This document shows, piece after piece, positions 29,946-39,024 of a DNA stretch of 64,000 bases (its first letter is position 1; each line of letters opens with the position of its first letter). The stretch spans positions 124,001 through 188,000 of IMG/VR virus record IMGVR_UViG_3300028592_000004; one strand, given 5' to 3'. Under the pieces are notes generated by a model. That model saw nothing but the letters and a program-made list of their open reading frames with translations. It did not search any database and had not been told where the DNA came from. The position numbers and the translations under genes are program-made.

Positions 29946-30320
29946 TTACGCCGCGCCGTTCAGCAGGGCCTGCTGGATGGCGGCAGCGCTCTTGATGAGC
30001 TTCGGATCGGCCTTGATCGCCTGGGCGGCGAACTTTTCGGCCTCGTCGACCTGCGACTGCTGTCCGACCGCTTCGAACAGACCAGCGTAGGCTTCGTCCA
30101 GGAGGGATCCGCGAGCAGCCGCTTGCTTGGTCTGCTCGGTGACGTGCTGCTGGAACAGCATGTCGCCAATCTGGAGCAGCTTCCCACGGTCGGCACTGGA
30201 CATCTTCTCGACCGGAACACCGTGGCTGGCCAACTTCTGGAAGAAGGCCGGTTGGGCAACCGTTGCGAAGATATGGTCTCGTGCGGCCTGCTGCTCAGAT
30301 GCGGCGTTCGTATCGGCCAT
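29946..30320 (-). CDS. Small Ala-rich internal head protein with K-x-A motifs
   Basis: KLA, KQA, KFA, KSA in 124 aa; follows MCP. Confidence 0.55.
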   Translation of the reverse strand: MADTNAASEQQAARDHIFATVAQPAFFQKLASHGVPVEKMSSADRGKLLQIGDMLFQQHVTEQTKQAAARGSLLDEAYAGLFEAVGQQSQVDEAEKFAAQAIKADPKLIKSAAAIQQALLNGAA

Positions 30321-30351
30321 TGAAGACGTCTCCGATTGGAGGATTGAAACG

Positions 30352-30382
30352 GAAGAAAACCCGGCAGCCGAAGCTGCCGGGT
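30352..30382 (-). terminator. Rho-independent terminator after MCP
   Basis: ACCCGGCAGC-TTCG-GCTGCCGGGT (cUUCGg tetraloop) followed by TTTCTTC. Confidence 0.85.
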
Positions 30383-30399
30383 GTCTCGGGGAGAATCGC

Positions 30400-31326
30400 T
30401 TACGCGAAGTCGGCCCGGGCGAGACCGCCGGTGTGGCCGATCGTGGCCCCGCCGGTCTGGTAGCAGAAGAACTCGATCATCCAGTACTCACGCTTGACGT
30501 ACATGGCAACCGGTTCGAGTTCGAAGTGCTTCCCGATGAACTTCGGGTTGGCGAACATGTACATCGAGTCGTCGGGAACCAAATCCCGCTTGATCGTCAC
30601 GATGAAGTTCAGACCCATGAAGTTCCGCTCGGTCCAGCCGTTCTTCAGGATGTCCTGGGAGATATCACCCCCCATTTCATCCCGGCCCCACTTCTCCATC
30701 TCCTTCGCGGTGACCATGTTGATCAGAGCGGTCTCGGCTTCGAGCCGGGACGGCGTCCGATTCATGATCTTCTTCGCGTCCTGGACGGAGTCGCGGGTGA
30801 TACCGCCGCTGACGGTTTCCCACTGGGGGACGCCGGAAGCGTAGGTGTTCTGGTCGGCACCGACGAGCGCGGTGTTGACGGCCGCGAGGAACTTGGAGTC
30901 CTCCTCTGCCATCATGTCCTTGAGGGAGTTGTCACTCAGCACCTGCCGAATGTCCATCTCCCACGTGCGCAGTTCGTCGACGTCCTTCGAGAACCGCGGC
31001 GTCACGATACGCTGGAACGTGACCAGGTAGCGGGGACCGCGGATGTAGACGCCGATCGGGTTCGTGGCGAACGGCACGCTGATCGACATCGGCGAGCCGG
31101 GTTCCTTGTCGATGACCTTCGAGGGCTTGTCCGTGTAGACCTGCCGATCGAGCTCATCGTTGGTGATGGTGAGCGGCGGCATGATCTTGCGATAGAAGCC
31201 GTCTTCACGCATCGTCGTCCGGGTGAAGTCGTTGACCGCGTCAGCGGCCTGCTTCTCCATCCCAGGGGTCCGCAGGTGCTCGAAGAACCGTTCGTTGAGC
31301 AGCTGCGTTTCAGAACGAGTGGCCAT
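30400..31326 (-). CDS. Major capsid protein (HK97-fold, putative)
   Basis: 308 aa; protease-scaffold-decoration-MCP order; strong RBS; terminator after; short N-terminal segment ending EKQA. Confidence 0.8.
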   Translation of the reverse strand: MATRSETQLLNERFFEHLRTPGMEKQAADAVNDFTRTTMREDGFYRKIMPPLTITNDELDRQVYTDKPSKVIDKEPGSPMSISVPFATNPIGVYIRGPRYLVTFQRIVTPRFSKDVDELRTWEMDIRQVLSDNSLKDMMAEEDSKFLAAVNTALVGADQNTYASGVPQWETVSGGITRDSVQDAKKIMNRTPSRLEAETALINMVTAKEMEKWGRDEMGGDISQDILKNGWTERNFMGLNFIVTIKRDLVPDDSMYMFANPKFIGKHFELEPVAMYVKREYWMIEFFCYQTGGATIGHTGGLARADFA

Positions 31327-31333
31327 GTGGAAA

Positions 31334-31349
31334 CACACCTCCGTGTGTG
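31334..31349 (-). promoter_or_regulatory. CsrA/RsmA-type hairpin at the MCP RBS
   Basis: CACAC-ACGGAG-GTGTG. Confidence 0.6.
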
Positions 31350-31395
31350 ATTGTTGGGGATCAGGGTTTGCCCGATCGCTTATCCCGGGGCGGGA

Positions 31396-31980
31396 TTAGG
31401 CGATGGTCGGGAGCCAGGTGGGCCAGAAGCTGAGGACGCTGACGCCGTGGGCGTTCGTCGTCACAGCGCGGGAGACAACACCACAGATGTTGTCCGTGCC
31501 CGAGGCGATCGCGGCATTGCTGCCGCCGGTCCAGCTCTTCCGCTTGTACAGAAGACCGGCCTCGTCTTCGTTGCCGCCGCCGACTTCCGACTCGTCCGGC
31601 GAGTGCAGGAGGTCGTTCGGGGCATAGGCGTTGCCGCCCGATTCCGCCTTGAACTCGGTCGTCTGGAGCTCGTACGGCCCGAAGGCGACGAGACCGGACA
31701 TCTTCCCGTTCGGGGCGATCGGGAACCAGTTGTTCCCGCCCGGGTTGCTGACGTCGAAGTCGTCCGCCCGGTTGTGCAGGAAGATCGCGACCTGCTTACC
31801 GGTGGCGCCGGGCATGAACTTGCCGGCGGAGTCGAGGTGAACGACCGAGCCACCGTAGACATTTTCCTTGGTGACGTCGGCAGAGAGGAAAGCATCGAAG
31901 TCGAGCGCGGTCTCACTCGGCCACCCCTTGAGGTAGTCGAGTGCGTGCTCGTACATCTGCTCGTACATTTCGCGGGCCAT
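31396..31980 (-). CDS. Putative head decoration/cement protein
   Basis: Gly-rich beta-type 194-aa ORF directly upstream of MCP with a near-identical leader. Confidence 0.55.
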   Translation of the reverse strand: MAREMYEQMYEHALDYLKGWPSETALDFDAFLSADVTKENVYGGSVVHLDSAGKFMPGATGKQVAIFLHNRADDFDVSNPGGNNWFPIAPNGKMSGLVAFGPYELQTTEFKAESGGNAYAPNDLLHSPDESEVGGGNEDEAGLLYKRKSWTGGSNAAIASGTDNICGVVSRAVTTNAHGVSVLSFWPTWLPTIA

Positions 31981-32039
31981 GAGGAGAAACACCTCCGTGT
32001 GATGTTGTTGAACAGTCCGTGTTCGTTCTCAGCAGGGCC

Positions 32040-32441
32040 TTAGCCCATGATCGCCTGAGCGAACTTGTCCCAGTGAGCGGGAACGCCCGGGGTGCGACTG
32101 GGAGCACTCCCCTGGCTGGTTCCGAGGGCCGGCTTGTTGGGAGCCGAGGCCGTCTTTTCCTGCACGGTGCGATCCGCCATCCGCACCATGACTTCGAAGG
32201 CCCGCGTCGGATCTTCCTGAAAGACCCGCGTCATGGCCTGCTTTTCGTTTTCGGCGATGAACCCGCCGCGGGCCAGGGCGTCAACCGCCCGGGGGATCTC
32301 CGCGGCGACCTTCTTCTGGAAGGTCTCCAGGTTCTGTTCGGCCGCGAGGCCCTTGCCGATCGCCTCGCTGGCGATCTGGGCCATCTTCGTGACCTTCTGT
32401 GCCGGCGACAGGTCCGCCGGCTCGGTCTTCGTTGCGCTCAT
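32040..32441 (-). CDS. Putative scaffold-associated/internal head protein
   Basis: Helical, five K-x-A motifs in 133 aa. Confidence 0.55.
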   Translation of the reverse strand: MSATKTEPADLSPAQKVTKMAQIASEAIGKGLAAEQNLETFQKKVAAEIPRAVDALARGGFIAENEKQAMTRVFQEDPTRAFEVMVRMADRTVQEKTASAPNKPALGTSQGSAPSRTPGVPAHWDKFAQAIMG

Positions 32442-32504
32442 CGTGTCAGTCTCCGAGTACCGTCTGCAGTGCAGCGGGTTGGGTTGAGGTTGAGGACGGG
32501 AGGA

Positions 32505-33866
32505 TTAGGACAGTTCGGCCAGCATCCGCCGGCAGTCCGCCCGCATCTGGGCCTGCTTGTTGTTGGCCGGCGCCCGGAATTCGAACTTGCCCGCCTTCCG
32601 GAAGGCGTTGACCTGATCGGCGAGCGTGCGGAAGTCGATGCTGGCGTACTTCGTGCCAGCCGCCTTCTGCCCCATTGCACCGAGCTGATCAGCTCCCTGT
32701 CCGTTTTCCAGCAGCGCGGCGATGAGCTGCATCAGCAGTTCCTGCTGACCAGCCCCCGGACCGGCCGGAGCCATGTCGGCCAGCCCACCCATCGTGTCCG
32801 GAGCGCCGCCCATCGGGCCTCCGCCCATCCCGCCACCCATCGGAGCACCACCCATCGGGGCGCCTCCGCCAGCGGCCAGGGGATCCCCGCCACCACCGGC
32901 AGCCATCGGATCCATCGCCGGAGCGCCGCCACCAGCCATTGCCGCCAGCGGGTCACCTGCGGGGGCACCCGTTGCGGCCGGCGGGGCTCCGCTCGACGCG
33001 CCACCCTCGGCCGGGGCACCGGTTCCGCCCGAGGATCCCTTGTCCGAGCTGCCCGCTTCGCTGGCGCCCGAATCTTCATCGCCCGGCTTGTCGTGGTCTT
33101 CGCCTTCGCTCGCACCGTCGTCCGCAGCCTGCTTGGCCTTGGCGAACTCAGCGAGGTAGTTGGCGGTGAGATCCGCGGCCAGGTGAGCTTCCTTGATCGT
33201 CTGGGCGACGAACGCCTGTGCCAGGTCGTCTTCGCTCAGGTCGTTCTGCCCGAGCATCGCTGCCGCTTCGTAGCCGGCTTCAGCGGCCGACTTCGTCGAT
33301 GCGGGCGGCGACTTGCCGGGAGCCGCGGCTCCCGTGGACGTCGGGGCGGTCGAAGCCGCCTGCTTGTTGAGCCGACCGTTCGCAACGTCGGCCAGGACGT
33401 CGTTGGCGACTTCCTTGAAGGCCGAGGCGAGCTTGGTCAGCGTCCACGAGCCGTACTTTTCGCCGTCGTCGGTCTTGGCCGGATGCGAGGTGCCCGGGTC
33501 GTCCTTGTCGCCCTTGTAGTCGTCTTCGACGCTGGGGTCTTCGCCGGTGGAGGACTGGGAGGTCCCCTTGTTCGGCTGGACTTCGTCCTGACGGTCGCCG
33601 ACTTCCGGAACGCTGTCCGGCGACATGCTGCCCTGGGGCCGCTTCTTTTCGTCAGCGGAGTTCTCCGAGGAACGGAAGCCTTCCTTCGCGTCCTGGAGCC
33701 CGTCTTCCGCCTTCGCGGTCGGATGCGAGCTCTGTCCGGAGTGCTCGCCGGGTTCGCTGATCGGGTTGGCCGACTTGACCGCGGCCGACTTCGTCGTGCC
33801 GACCCGGATCTCTTCGAGCACGGCTTCGATGCCAGCGCTCAACGTACTCTTCTGGGTTTGAGCCAT
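32505..33866 (-). CDS. Putative capsid scaffolding / prohead core protein
   Basis: Acidic, low-complexity, many K-x-A motifs; between protease and MCP; AAGGAG RBS before MAQTQK. Confidence 0.65.
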   Translation of the reverse strand: MAQTQKSTLSAGIEAVLEEIRVGTTKSAAVKSANPISEPGEHSGQSSHPTAKAEDGLQDAKEGFRSSENSADEKKRPQGSMSPDSVPEVGDRQDEVQPNKGTSQSSTGEDPSVEDDYKGDKDDPGTSHPAKTDDGEKYGSWTLTKLASAFKEVANDVLADVANGRLNKQAASTAPTSTGAAAPGKSPPASTKSAAEAGYEAAAMLGQNDLSEDDLAQAFVAQTIKEAHLAADLTANYLAEFAKAKQAADDGASEGEDHDKPGDEDSGASEAGSSDKGSSGGTGAPAEGGASSGAPPAATGAPAGDPLAAMAGGGAPAMDPMAAGGGGDPLAAGGGAPMGGAPMGGGMGGGPMGGAPDTMGGLADMAPAGPGAGQQELLMQLIAALLENGQGADQLGAMGQKAAGTKYASIDFRTLADQVNAFRKAGKFEFRAPANNKQAQMRADCRRMLAELS

Positions 33867-33924
33867 CGCTCGTGTCACTCCTTGACTTGTGCTTGGTCAG
33901 CATCCTGCGCCAGACCCACAGCGA

Positions 33925-35367
33925 TCAGACTACATAATGCTGACGAATTGACGAAGTTGCAATACCCGCGAAATCGTGGGCTTCAGTTTTGATCACCGCA
34001 AGCGCGGCAATCTTGTAGAGAGCGTACTGCCGAGCCAGCATGTCATCCGTCTCGTTGGCAGCCGCTTCCTTCACCGTTGAGAGCGTATCGGGATTCACGC
34101 CGCGAATGGAAGCGCGGGTGGCGCGATCGCGCACAACGGAGGGCTCAACACCGAAGGCTTGCTTCATGCGCAGTGCCCAGCGATCCAGCTCCACGCCACA
34201 AGCGCGGGACGGGACGAAGGGATTCGAAGCGAGTTTTTCGGTGACGTCGTCCGACAGCAGCATCCGGCGGAAGATTCCGGGCAGACGCGACTGAACGGAC
34301 GAGGCGACCTCTGCAGCGATCTTCTCGTTTCCGGTGGCCAGGGTCAGGAATTCCTGAACCGGCAGCACAATCCGGTGGCGAGCGAGCGCACACAGGGCTT
34401 CTTTCATCAAGCTGCTCGAATTGCCGAGGTTCGGCATTTCGAACGGCAGGCGGACCGCGGCGGAGAATGCCAGGTCGGAACCGTGGCGCTGCCCGTTGTC
34501 GAGGTCCGCGAGGATCGAGGCAATCTTGATCTGGTCGACAGCAGCTTGCGGCGCGTCTTCCAGCAGAAGGGCCAGCGGGAGGGTCAGCCCCATCCGTTCG
34601 GCCAGCTCTGCTCCGCCAACGACGCGGCCTTCGGCAGCCTTTTCCAGGACACCGAAGGCGTAGGCGATGCGATCTGCCGGGCGCCACACGTGGCTGATGT
34701 CGAAGTGCCGGGGATTCGGGTTGTCGGCGTGGAGGATGTGACCGTCCGATGCCATCTTCGCGATGTTGTGCTGCAGCCCGCCGTACTTGCAGTTCGACTC
34801 GTCGCAGTAGTCTTCCCGGGTACGGGCCTTGTTGCCGCAGCCGGAACAGACGTCGTGATCGATCCGGCAGGCCATGCTCCAGGGGATCTCTTTCCCGCTG
34901 GCGATCTTCTCCAGCTCCTTGTCGGCAACAAGCCCGCCGTTGAGTGAAGCGACTTTCTCGTCCCCGTTCAGGCCGACCAACAGCTCGATGCGGTGCACCG
35001 GATCGTGGTAGGCCGACTTGATGACGCGGCCGTAGGACTTTTCCGGATCCTTGTTCTGGTGATCCCGGTACACCCGAGCGTACTTCTCGAAGGTGTTGTG
35101 CGTCGCCCGATTCGTGGCCTCCCGGAAGCCGTCGCCGTTGCGGTTCGGGCCGTAGTACTCCGTCGAGCCGATCGCCGCGAGATACAGCGGGATCTCGTTC
35201 TTGGCGAGCTTGACCGATCCGAGTGCGTCAACGATCTCGTGGCTCCCGAACTTTAGGAAGTCAGCGCGGTCGTTGCCGATCAGCCCGCGGCTCGACATCT
35301 TCACCATGCAGGTGACAGGCTTGCCTTGGAAGTCGAACGAATCGGGTCGAATGATCTTCAGGTGCAT
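33925..35367 (-). CDS. Prohead (maturation) protease with Zn-ribbon
   Basis: NRNGDGF..., YRDH (His), WSMAC (Ser), CSGC..YC..C, FDIS.V..PAD; directly upstream of scaffold and MCP. Confidence 0.75.
   Translation of the reverse strand: MHLKIIRPDSFDFQGKPVTCMVKMSSRGLIGNDRADFLKFGSHEIVDALGSVKLAKNEIPLYLAAIGSTEYYGPNRNGDGFREATNRATHNTFEKYARVYRDHQNKDPEKSYGRVIKSAYHDPVHRIELLVGLNGDEKVASLNGGLVADKELEKIASGKEIPWSMACRIDHDVCSGCGNKARTREDYCDESNCKYGGLQHNIAKMASDGHILHADNPNPRHFDISHVWRPADRIAYAFGVLEKAAEGRVVGGAELAERMGLTLPLALLLEDAPQAAVDQIKIASILADLDNGQRHGSDLAFSAAVRLPFEMPNLGNSSSLMKEALCALARHRIVLPVQEFLTLATGNEKIAAEVASSVQSRLPGIFRRMLLSDDVTEKLASNPFVPSRACGVELDRWALRMKQAFGVEPSVVRDRATRASIRGVNPDTLSTVKEAAANETDDMLARQYALYKIAALAVIKTEAHDFAGIATSSIRQHYVV
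33934..33962 (-). promoter_or_regulatory. Sigma70-like promoter for the scaffold-capsid genes
   Basis: TTGCAA-17 nt-CATTAT in an AT-rich patch at the 3' end of the protease gene. Confidence 0.55.
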
Positions 35368-35370
35368 GGG

Positions 35371-36336
35371 TTACTGTCCTGCGGGCATTACGACGTCGGA
35401 ACCGAACATGTTGGCGGGAAGCTGCTTTTGAGCCCAGTCCCCGGCCAGCATGCCGAGGATCCCCGCGGGGGCGTTTCGCATGAGGGATCCCATCAAGCCC
35501 CGCGCTGGCAGCTGCTTGAGAACACTGCCGGCCGTCGGCGCTCCGGAAAGGATCGCCGGGTTCTGGGCCATCCGGCCGAGCCGCGCGTTGCCGACGAACG
35601 GCATTCCCTTGCCCCGTCCGATATGGTCCGCCATTTCATCGTACAGACCCATCTGGGCTGTCGAGGGACCCGGTGAGCCAGTCGGATGGTACAGGTCGCG
35701 GATGATGTTCTGGACCGCAGTCGGAGCCTGGCCCGGAGCGACGGTCTGTTTTCCGGCGACGTACGTCGACAGGTTCTCTCCGACGCGGCGATTCACCAGC
35801 GGGTTGAAGCGGCCACCGACCGTGTTTGCGGCGTGCTGGGCGACAACGCCCGCGCCGGCGCCGAGCATCGGTCCGCCGTACGCCTTCAGTTGCTTCCCAA
35901 CGCTCGGCTGCGGAAGGTTCGGGTCGAAGGAGGTCGTGACCCCCAGGGCGTTCGTGACCGGGGCAGCGACAGTTTTTGCCGCAGAGACCATGTTGTCGAC
36001 CGGGGAGAAGTTGGCGCTCTCCTCGATCGCCTTGTTGTAGAGCTCGTTCTTGCCGGAGTCCGGAACGTTGTTGCCCATCAAGGACAGACCGCCGCCAATG
36101 GCACCGCCCGCCAGGGCTCCCGTGAGCGCCGAGGCGAGCGGATTCTTGCGACGTTTCCCGAACATCCCGAGACCGAGGCCACCCAACCCGCCGACGCCCG
36201 CGCCGATGAGTGCGTTCTGGAGGAGCTGGTCGCCCTTCTTGACGAAACTCCCGACGAAGCGACTGACGACGGCCGTCTTGACGAGGAACTCGGCGGCTTC
36301 CTGGGGCGTCTTCTCAAGCAGCGAAATCGGAACCAC
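35371..36336 (-). CDS. Glycine-zipper internal virion / ejection protein (putative)
   Basis: GAGVGGLGGLGLG and GALAGGAIGGG segments; no Cys. Confidence 0.55.
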   Translation of the reverse strand: MVPISLLEKTPQEAAEFLVKTAVVSRFVGSFVKKGDQLLQNALIGAGVGGLGGLGLGMFGKRRKNPLASALTGALAGGAIGGGLSLMGNNVPDSGKNELYNKAIEESANFSPVDNMVSAAKTVAAPVTNALGVTTSFDPNLPQPSVGKQLKAYGGPMLGAGAGVVAQHAANTVGGRFNPLVNRRVGENLSTYVAGKQTVAPGQAPTAVQNIIRDLYHPTGSPGPSTAQMGLYDEMADHIGRGKGMPFVGNARLGRMAQNPAILSGAPTAGSVLKQLPARGLMGSLMRNAPAGILGMLAGDWAQKQLPANMFGSDVVMPAGQ

Positions 36337-37603
36337 CGGAACCTCCGTTGAGCTTGCTCAGCTGACCTTCCATCTTGATCGCCTGCTCGACTTCGAAGGG
36401 GTCGAGGGAACCCTGGGAGAGCTGCTTTCGCAGCATCGCCTGGACGGCCAGCGGGTGCTGAGCGGTCCGAGGAGCGATCTGGCTGAGGTTGTTGTAGGCG
36501 TTCGTGACCTCGAACGGGTCGTAACCGCTGACGACTTCGTCATTGGCCAGCAGGTCGTGCAGCATCGACTGCGTCGAGATGTCCTGCATCTTCTGCTCGT
36601 GCTCCGGGGAGCCGATGGCCTGCATCTGCTTTTGGACGAGCTTGTCCTTGTCCGGCGGAGCGATGCCACGAGCGATCGAGCCCACGACGTCGCGGGCCAT
36701 GTTCGCTCCCATGAACGGGATGATGTTGGCGACCTTCTCCAGCGGATCGATCAGGCCGTGAGTCAGCGGAGCCTTCCCGGTCAGCGGGATCATCTCTTCA
36801 TCGGTCAGGATGACGTGCGTCTCCATCGCGAGCTTGACGGCCTCGTCCGCGGCGATGGCACTGTGTGCCGTATCGGCCAGCTTCTGGAGCGTGCGATACG
36901 GCTCACGCTTGGCGTCGAACTGCTGCCACTCCGGCAGTGCCGCAGCCTTTGCAAAGTGCGGGTGCGAGGCTGCCACACGCTTCAGCAGCAGCACCGGGGC
37001 GCCGGGCATCCGAGCCTCAGCCATTTTCACGGCCGTGGCGTAGGCCGCTGGATGAGCGCCAGCGAACCAGACTGCCAGGTCGTCCAGGCCGTGGGCGAGT
37101 GCGGTCTTGTAGCCGGACGCGTGGCGGCGGAGGAGCTCGATGTTCTGCTCCCGATTCCGGATTCGCTGCTGGGCTTGCTTGACGGTCATTCCCGTCGCCG
37201 CCGGCCGGGGCTGCAGCGGGATGTGCAGTTCGGCGGACTTTGTCATCGTCGGCGTGTCGAGCCAGGACGGGCTGCGACTGTACTCGGCGGAGACGAGGGT
37301 CTCGTACTCCCGAGCCGCGGCAGTCTTGATCTCGGGCGTCAGCCGGCGGACGATCTCTTCCGGATCGGCCATTGCGAAGACCGCGGCCTTTTCGAGAACC
37401 GAGTTCCCTTGCTGCCGGACGTAGGTCGATTCCGCGACGTTGTAGGCGTTCGCGAGGACCCGCGCATGACCGATCGGGAGCTGGAGCTCCTGAGCAATCT
37501 TCACGACAGCGTCGGTTGGGTCCGATCCCTCGCTGACGGCCGCAGTGACGCTCTGAACCGCGTCGAGAATGCGGTTCTCAGCTTCCTTGCTCATTCGCTC
37601 CAT
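36314..37603 (-). CDS. Internal head protein with K-x-A-rich propeptide (putative)
   Basis: 12 K-x-A motifs in the N-terminal ~70%; no Cys. Confidence 0.6.
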   Translation of the reverse strand: MERMSKEAENRILDAVQSVTAAVSEGSDPTDAVVKIAQELQLPIGHARVLANAYNVAESTYVRQQGNSVLEKAAVFAMADPEEIVRRLTPEIKTAAAREYETLVSAEYSRSPSWLDTPTMTKSAELHIPLQPRPAATGMTVKQAQQRIRNREQNIELLRRHASGYKTALAHGLDDLAVWFAGAHPAAYATAVKMAEARMPGAPVLLLKRVAASHPHFAKAAALPEWQQFDAKREPYRTLQKLADTAHSAIAADEAVKLAMETHVILTDEEMIPLTGKAPLTHGLIDPLEKVANIIPFMGANMARDVVGSIARGIAPPDKDKLVQKQMQAIGSPEHEQKMQDISTQSMLHDLLANDEVVSGYDPFEVTNAYNNLSQIAPRTAQHPLAVQAMLRKQLSQGSLDPFEVEQAIKMEGQLSKLNGGSGGSDFAA

Positions 37604-38582
37604 CGGTGAGTTCCTCGTCCGTGAGGTCAGGGAGAGTTGCTTTTGGCTCGGGATAGGACCAGTCCTCTTCGCCGAGGGTCAGGACCGGTTTGTTTCCCGC
37701 TTGAAGTTGCATGGCTTCGTTGCCGTGCAGTTCGAATCGTTTTGTATCGTACTGCTGAAGGAGCGTCGGTTCTACGCCCGGCGCCGATGGAAGACGAGGG
37801 CCGGCCAACCACCGGACAGCCTTGAGGCATGCCTCGACGTTATCGCCCAGGCTCGTCGCGGGTCCGCCACCCCCCGCACCAGCCGCCTTTTCGACCGCCA
37901 GCAGCTTGGTGAACTGCTCGATGATCTCGGGGCTGTTGAAGTCGTTGATGCCCATTGTGTGGGCTGCAACGGCTGCTTTCCGGGTGATCGCTTTCGCCGC
38001 CAGATCCTGTACGAACTTCGACAGTTCGGACGGGGAGTTCGGACGCTGCGGGTCGACCTGCTGGTCGATCATCATGTCCAGAACAACGGGACCGCCGAAG
38101 TAGCCGAACACTTTCCACAGGAGCGGCCAGTCCGAGGGTCGCAGGTTGTCGTGGATCTGGGGACCAAGCACGCGGTGGAGGATGTAGCCGCGATTCTCAA
38201 TCCGCTCCGAAACGTTGAAGAAGACGGTCTCGTAGGCGAGGACCGTCTCCAGGGTGGCACAGCAGCGTCGAGCTGTGTTTTCGGTTGTGTCCTGAGCAAG
38301 AATCCGGGCTTCCAGTTCGTGCTTCAGAGCTTCGTAGTACTCGTCTGTCTGGTGGAAGATCTGGTGAGCCCAGAACAACCCCTCGTCATACAGCTCCAGC
38401 GCTGCAATCTGGCTGGGGACGGTGGCCTCCTCCAGACGACGTCGAAATTCAATGGCCCTGCGAACGTGTTTGTCATCCCGTCGCCGCGAGAACGGGACAC
38501 CATCCTCCAACACGTTCCTGGCCCGGTCCCAGCGCCAACTTGGTGAGCGCACGGGGTTCCGCGGCGAGAACTCGATCGACAT
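37578..38582 (-). CDS. Hypothetical protein, possibly HTH-containing
   Basis: 334-aa ORF overlapping the next gene; LEARILA...TA......ETV.AYE..FFNV resembles a helix-turn-helix. Confidence 0.55.
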   Translation of the reverse strand: MSIEFSPRNPVRSPSWRWDRARNVLEDGVPFSRRRDDKHVRRAIEFRRRLEEATVPSQIAALELYDEGLFWAHQIFHQTDEYYEALKHELEARILAQDTTENTARRCCATLETVLAYETVFFNVSERIENRGYILHRVLGPQIHDNLRPSDWPLLWKVFGYFGGPVVLDMMIDQQVDPQRPNSPSELSKFVQDLAAKAITRKAAVAAHTMGINDFNSPEIIEQFTKLLAVEKAAGAGGGGPATSLGDNVEACLKAVRWLAGPRLPSAPGVEPTLLQQYDTKRFELHGNEAMQLQAGNKPVLTLGEEDWSYPEPKATLPDLTDEELTDGANEQGS

Positions 38583-38608
38583 TACGATTCCAATCCGCGG
38601 GTATTGGA

Positions 38609-39022
38609 TTACGGGTGCGTAATCGTCGTGGAGTATCCGAACGTCTTCGCGTCACCGGCTCCGGCGGGCTTGATGTACAGATACAGCTTCCGCTGGTTGT
38701 CGGATTGCTTGTCGCCGGTCAGGCACATGTAGGCGTGGCCATTGGCTTCCAGCAGGATGCCAACGGCATTCGTACTCGTCACCGTGACCTTCGCACCGAT
38801 CTCAAAGAGTTCGGCCTGAGCGAATTCAGTGCCCTGCGATCCATCGGCGTTGTAGATGGTGTCCTTCTTAAACACACGGAACTCGAAGCCGTCGAGGTTG
38901 CCACTGAGCTGCTTGACGGCAACACGGTGGACATACCCGCGGCTCGGGACGCCGAGTTCGATCACTTTCCCGGCAGCCGGCACAGTCACGACTGCGGGAC
39001 GAACGTCATAGGGAACAGACAT
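38609..39022 (-). CDS. Hypothetical beta-rich protein
   Basis: 137 aa, GGAAGG RBS, in the head operon. Confidence 0.6.
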   Translation of the reverse strand: MSVPYDVRPAVVTVPAAGKVIELGVPSRGYVHRVAVKQLSGNLDGFEFRVFKKDTIYNADGSQGTEFAQAELFEIGAKVTVTSTNAVGILLEANGHAYMCLTGDKQSDNQRKLYLYIKPAGAGDAKTFGYSTTITHP

Positions 39023-39024
39023 CG